Shown: in pieces, positions 59,416 to 64,000 of the stretch
How the letters are laid out: every line of letters begins with the position of its first letter
Position numbering within the stretch: position 1 is the first letter of the stretch
Assembly (NCBI GenBank): GCA_047947115.1
Contig: CP170459.1
Coordinates: forward strand, 711,467-775,466
Origin: Verrucomicrobiota bacterium
Lineage (GTDB): Bacteria > Verrucomicrobiota > Verrucomicrobiia > Limisphaerales > AAA164-E04
Direction of reading: 5' to 3'
Length of the DNA stretch: 64,000 bases
Position numbers and translations under genes: made by a program
The notes under the pieces: generated by a model
The model's input: the letters and a program-made list of their open reading frames with translations, nothing else
The model's database searches: none
Told to the model about the DNA's origin: nothing

Positions 59416-62400
59416 TTAAGGAACACTGAGTTCTGAAAGATCGGTTTGCAGGGCCCCATTTGGCATCAGGGGTGAACAATCGGATGTGGCGTTCAATTCG
59501 GCGGCGCGAACACGGGCACGGTGTACCACGTGCGTGACACCCCGCACGCTGAGCAAACTGGGTTTCACGATATTTTCCATGGAAAGAAGCGAGTAAGGAC
59601 AATTGGCACAACTCCCGACGAAACGGATGACAACCTCACCCTTCTCCTCATTGATGTCCAACACTTCCAACTTGCCGCCATCATTGTTCAGAATGGGTTC
59701 AATCATGGTCTCAACCACTTGCTGCACCCTCCCCTGCAAGGTGGGCGCTTCCTCGATCTCGGATACGGCAATTTCGGGCTGCTGTTGGGCTAGTGAAAGG
59801 GCGGCAATCAATTGGGGGTCCTCGCTGACAGCATGCACTCCGAGTTTGCCAAGGGACTCGGCCAACTCCGGTTTGACGCGCTTTTCCACCAGGTATTCAC
59901 GAAATTTCTTGGGAGCGGCAGGGGCGATGTGAATTTTTCCTACATATTCTTTCCAGTCCAGAGGTTCCGGACCAAAGAAATCAAAGTTTTCATCCCCCGA
60001 CCTGATATATTGAACGATCAATTCACCCAGACGATCAAAGAACCGATTATGTTGCTGGGTGGTTGCCCCTCTTTTACGGTTGATCACAAAATTGCGCAGG
60101 AGTGTCAACTCACGATCACGCGGCAGGATGCCTGTTTTGACGTCCACTCGCACGGCACGATTTTTCCAGCGATCCACCACCATGATCGAGCTGGATCCGA
60201 TGGCACGGGAATGGATCAAACGGTCCGAATCAAGATCAGCCGGAGATATATCAACAAAGTGGGCAGGCACATCGCCGGCGCAGGGTATCGCAATCCCCGA
60301 CACAAAGGCCAACCGTTCACGCTCCACCTTGGCACCAGTGCCAAACAGCATTTCAATACCGCGCTTGATGGCGACAAACAACTGAATGGCCACAATCTCT
60401 TCCTTGAATTCCAATATGGAGCTTTTGTGGGCGGACAGGAGACTGGCCACCACTTCCTTTCCGTCTTCATCAACCAACACGATGCCCCCCGTAAGATCCG
60501 ACAGAAGCGTATGCAATGCGGACTGGAAATCCAACCGTCTCAGCAAAGGCAACAAGAAGCTTAATAACCGCCACCTGTCATTTGAATCCAACTCCCCAAG
60601 AACCTGACACCCCTGCTTGCGGTAATCCTTTGAGGTAACATATCGCTGAATAAAAGCCATAAATGCCCCGATAGCCGCGGCAAGTCCGGGATCGGATCCG
60701 GCATTTGAAAGCCGAATGACATCTTCCGCCGGCCAGGGATGTCTGGGGGGATACACCTGCTGGGTTTCCGCCCACTTTTCGTCCAATGGAAAATGTTTAC
60801 GGTAATCCTGATAGATGGTGTCGATCAGACTCTTTAAAATGGCAGTATCCGGTGAGTTCCAAAGCGCTTGCTCAATCGAAGTGAGGGCATGCAGATTGAC
60901 AGAGGTGCGCTTGATCAGACTTTGATTTGTAAATGCATCGGATTCGACGTAGTCGGTCAAACGATTGATCTCACCCGGAACAAAATCCATGAACACGGCA
61001 TCCAATGGCGTCCGATCGTTCAATGAAACAATTGCCACGGCGCTTCCCTGTCCCGAGGACAAGCGCACTGGTTGCCCCTGGCCCACACCTCGGGCGTTGG
61101 CAAGATCCGGATGTATTTCCACAAAGTATTCCTCGGCATCCACCCCATAAATGGGCAGTGTCTTGATCCCTGAATTGTACCTCCCCCGATAAGCCATGCC
61201 GTTCATACCGGGACGTCCACGTCCGCTGATCAACCGGATGGGGCCGGAAGAAGAGGCTGTCCGTCTGGATGATCCCTCTTTCGGCAGAGGCGCAACCGAA
61301 ACCAGGTAATCATCCGGAGGTCTAACCAAGCGCGCAGGTCCCCGGTCAGGATGCTGAAGCCTCGGGAACACATGCCCATCTGTGGAAGATTTCTGATAAC
61401 GACCATTTCCCTGCCATTGCACGCCGATACCAGCCATGTCCCGAAGCATCAAGTGACTGATCGGAAGACCGTTCTGGTCCACCAGCTTGGAATAGAGGTT
61501 CAACTTGCCGGATACTTCCACAATATGATCAAACACCTTGGAGGAATCCACATCACCCTGATCATCCACATACTTCGCAAAGGTGCGCTCAACGACATCG
61601 GGGGAAAGATCATTCAGCTGAGCCGTGTCCGGATCCTGCAGGCGCTTGGCAATGGCCAGAGCCAGTCGGGCGAGAATCTGTTCGTCGGACCAGGCGTTTT
61701 CCGGGGGCTCGGTAAGGCGTTGCTGCAATTGTAAGGTCCGATCACCGCGCTGAATCACACCCGTACGTTCGGTATAAGTCATGGACGGCAACAGCACATC
61801 CGCCCACTCCAGCACTCCATCCGCGAGAAAGGGATCAATGACCACATTGAAAGCGCGTCCCATGCGCCGCATCCAGTGCCCCAGTCTCGGCATGTTTTTG
61901 GTCATCTGCGTTCCGACAAAAAGGAACCAGTACAATCGGTCATCTTCACACATGTGCGAAACCGGGGTTCCCTTTCCGGAAGGGATATTACTGATGGGAA
62001 GATCCAGAGCGTCAGCCAAAGCCTCACGATGTTCTTCACAATGGGGGTCCATGTTAAACAGAAGCCTTCTGGAATTGAAGCCCATCATGAGTTCACTTGT
62101 CGCATTGGACTGTCCGGCAATACGCAGCGATCCGGCCCCCTTTCGTCCGACATTGCCGGTGAGCAACAGCAGATTCAAATTCGTCGAAAAACCATAAGAT
62201 CCCGTACTCTGATTAATCCCCATGCTGGAAACAAAGGCAACTTTGGGACGTTGACCGGAGGAATGATCTGATGGCCGTGATATTAAGGCCGCATAATCGC
62301 GGATCACTTTCTCGAGATGCGCAGGATCGTCACCTGTCGCCACAATACTGTGTGCCACGCTTGAAGGTTCACAACGATCTTCCATGACCAATTCACGAAA

Positions 62401-63339
62401 GGCCTGCAAACTTTCAATGTCCACCACACGTTGCAAATATTCCCTGTCTTCCCACCCCTCCTCAAGAATCACGCGACTGACTGCCAGATTGAACAAGACA
62501 TCACAACCTTGCTGAAAACGAATGTGAAGCGTTCGTTCGTCACAGGCCTTCAAATCAGAAACCGTGTCGGTTGCAACCGGATCAATCACCACCTTGATGG
62601 GATGCGGATTACGTTTCAACTTTTCGTAAGCTTGGGGAAATGTGATGTAAGGATTCGTTCCATGAAGTACCGCAATGTCACAAAAGTCCAATTCTTCAAA
62701 TTCCTGCCAGGTGAATGAAGCTTCATTCCCAAAATTCAATTCATGGGCAGCTCCTGCACTGGCAAGGCAATGCTCGGAATTGGCCCCAATCGTGGGCATT
62801 TTAAATACAAGTTTGTAAAGGGAAGCCATCCAGATGGCCTCAAGAGTTTTCTGGCCATTTCCATACAATCCCACCGCGTCCGGGCCCACCCATTCTCGCG
62901 CATGTAAAAACAACCATGCCGCCCGATCCAAGGCTTTTTCCCAGGAAACCGGGTGCATCTTTCCGTCATGCCCCCGAATCATGGGTGAGGTGATCCGGTC
63001 GTCGGGCAGTTTCCTTTTCTCGAGACGCTGCCGACGCTCGGTCAATCCTCCAGTCATAAGGGAAGTTTTCCCTTTGATACAAAGTCCAAGAGCACTCATG
63101 GGCACCACAACAGGACGCCCCTTCTTATCAGCTTCTACCGCATAAGGACAACCCACGCCGCAATAACTGCAAACACTTGATTGTGAGGTAAGGCGATCAA
63201 ATCTCTCCCTGGCGGCCGGTAATGCACGCAATTGGGCATCCTGCCTGAAATGACGCACGAACTTCCAGGCTTCCATATTAATTGGTTCGGGAGTTTTCGC
63301 TTTTTGAGCAGTGCGCATGGCTTGATTTTTTGAATTCAT
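59416..63339 (-). CDS. Cytoplasmic molybdopterin oxidoreductase (NasA/Nap-like) fused to an unknown domain and a C-terminal NifU/NfuA domain
   Basis: CSYCGVGC...LCIKG [4Fe-4S], NSEHCLASA Mo-Cys, AGQSN, TYTERTGV, FVEIHPD; C-terminal EPILNNDGGKLEV...GSCANCPYS; start placed at ATG 63339. Confidence 0.8.
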   Translation of the reverse strand: MNSKNQAMRTAQKAKTPEPINMEAWKFVRHFRQDAQLRALPAARERFDRLTSQSSVCSYCGVGCPYAVEADKKGRPVVVPMSALGLCIKGKTSLMTGGLTERRQRLEKRKLPDDRITSPMIRGHDGKMHPVSWEKALDRAAWLFLHAREWVGPDAVGLYGNGQKTLEAIWMASLYKLVFKMPTIGANSEHCLASAGAAHELNFGNEASFTWQEFEELDFCDIAVLHGTNPYITFPQAYEKLKRNPHPIKVVIDPVATDTVSDLKACDERTLHIRFQQGCDVLFNLAVSRVILEEGWEDREYLQRVVDIESLQAFRELVMEDRCEPSSVAHSIVATGDDPAHLEKVIRDYAALISRPSDHSSGQRPKVAFVSSMGINQSTGSYGFSTNLNLLLLTGNVGRKGAGSLRIAGQSNATSELMMGFNSRRLLFNMDPHCEEHREALADALDLPISNIPSGKGTPVSHMCEDDRLYWFLFVGTQMTKNMPRLGHWMRRMGRAFNVVIDPFLADGVLEWADVLLPSMTYTERTGVIQRGDRTLQLQQRLTEPPENAWSDEQILARLALAIAKRLQDPDTAQLNDLSPDVVERTFAKYVDDQGDVDSSKVFDHIVEVSGKLNLYSKLVDQNGLPISHLMLRDMAGIGVQWQGNGRYQKSSTDGHVFPRLQHPDRGPARLVRPPDDYLVSVAPLPKEGSSRRTASSSGPIRLISGRGRPGMNGMAYRGRYNSGIKTLPIYGVDAEEYFVEIHPDLANARGVGQGQPVRLSSGQGSAVAIVSLNDRTPLDAVFMDFVPGEINRLTDYVESDAFTNQSLIKRTSVNLHALTSIEQALWNSPDTAILKSLIDTIYQDYRKHFPLDEKWAETQQVYPPRHPWPAEDVIRLSNAGSDPGLAAAIGAFMAFIQRYVTSKDYRKQGCQVLGELDSNDRWRLLSFLLPLLRRLDFQSALHTLLSDLTGGIVLVDEDGKEVVASLLSAHKSSILEFKEEIVAIQLFVAIKRGIEMLFGTGAKVERERLAFVSGIAIPCAGDVPAHFVDISPADLDSDRLIHSRAIGSSSIMVVDRWKNRAVRVDVKTGILPRDRELTLLRNFVINRKRGATTQQHNRFFDRLGELIVQYIRSGDENFDFFGPEPLDWKEYVGKIHIAPAAPKKFREYLVEKRVKPELAESLGKLGVHAVSEDPQLIAALSLAQQQPEIAVSEIEEAPTLQGRVQQVVETMIEPILNNDGGKLEVLDINEEKGEVVIRFVGSCANCPYSLLSMENIVKPSLLSVRGVTHVVHRARVRAAELNATSDCSPLMPNGALQTDLSELSVP

Positions 63340-63426
63340 TGTGCTGGTCTCCTTGGCTTGATTGATCCTGGCAGAGTAGGAAATCATCACTTCCAGATAC
63401 AAGATATAAAGTTCGAAAATCCGACA

Positions 63427-64000
63427 AGTCGCCTTTGAAGTCGCCTTTGGGGTCACGTCTCGACATTCAACATTTGGCAAATCGTATCCATTTGCTTTTT
63501 CAACCGTCTTTCAGTTTGGATCTTTTTGTTAAAACGCCGTATCCCAGCACTGACACTTGAATAGTCCATGTCCCCCACCTTTTCCCCTAACTCAGCCTGG
63601 GTTAATCCACAATATCGATGCGCAAGCCATAGCAACATCCACTTACCCAAATCACCATGCCTCCCTACCCAATCACGCATCGGTTCAGTTTTGTGTTCTT
63701 CCAATACTTCAATGACTTTTTCTAATGGAACAGTTCTTTTGAAACGAAACCGCCCCTCGTATTCACGCGCATTATTCGGATCTACATAGGATTTGATCTT
63801 TTCCAGGAATTCCGCTGAACCGACTGCTATCTGTTCCTTGAATTGTTCAAACGTAGTTTCCTGGATTCCCCGACGCACCTGATCCTTGGTCATCTCACGA
63901 TAACGTAGATGCCTATCTCTGAGTCGCCTTTGAAGTCGCCTTTGGGGTCACGTCTCGACATTCAACATTTGGCAAATCGTATCCATTTGCTTTTTCAACC
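63427..64000. repeat. Identical 79-bp direct repeat (63427-63505 and 63922-64000), spacing 495 bp
   Basis: AGTCGCCTTTGAAGTCGCCTTTGGGGTCACGTCTCGACATTCAAC...TTTCAACC occurs twice; the second copy runs to the window edge. Confidence 0.9.
63453..63893 (-). pseudogene. C-terminal fragment of a REP-associated (RAYT/Y1-type) transposase with DnaA-C-like HTH
   Basis: LAHRYCGLTQAELGEKVGDMDYSSVS...LNVET then TGACCCC; no HUH domain in the fragment. Confidence 0.65.

Noticed and set aside
63340-63480. 47-aa N-terminal extension of the molybdoenzyme ORF
   Set aside because: Reads through the end of the RAYT fragment and its repeat; ATG 63339 is more plausible.

Overview
Bacterial chromosome window, probably Verrucomicrobiota. 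This is inferred from gene content and order (kdsA-lpt-hprK-HPr, dnaB-bamA-skp, sulfatases, PQQ-like propellers, DUF1080), not from a marker search. Most of it is housekeeping and envelope genes. The main accessory locus (about 24.3-30.8 kb) is an integron: intI on +, an attI site, and four cassettes on - separated by near-identical attC sites of about 126 bp. Two cassettes carry a self-complementary non-canonical GGT/ACC core instead of GTT/AAC. Cassette cargo is an Hfx_Cass5-like protein, a stand-alone EF-Tu domain-III-like protein, a membrane-anchored hypothetical, and a toxin-antitoxin cassette with a dead toxin. The distal array is cut by an ISNCY/IS5-like element carrying a nonsense codon and by an internally deleted IS66. 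Other notable items: a 1307-aa nitrate-reductase-like molybdoenzyme fused to an unknown domain and a NifU/NfuA CxxC domain; a BlaI/M56 pair with two TACAnnTGTA operators and a duplicated unknown sensor domain; a GldAFG-like ABC-DUF4340-AsmA operon; a frameshifted LysR; a decayed ParE; and an apparent 495-bp tandem duplication of a RAYT-transposase 3' end at the window edge. No rRNA, tRNA or CRISPR was recognised. All family assignments come from motif recognition by eye.
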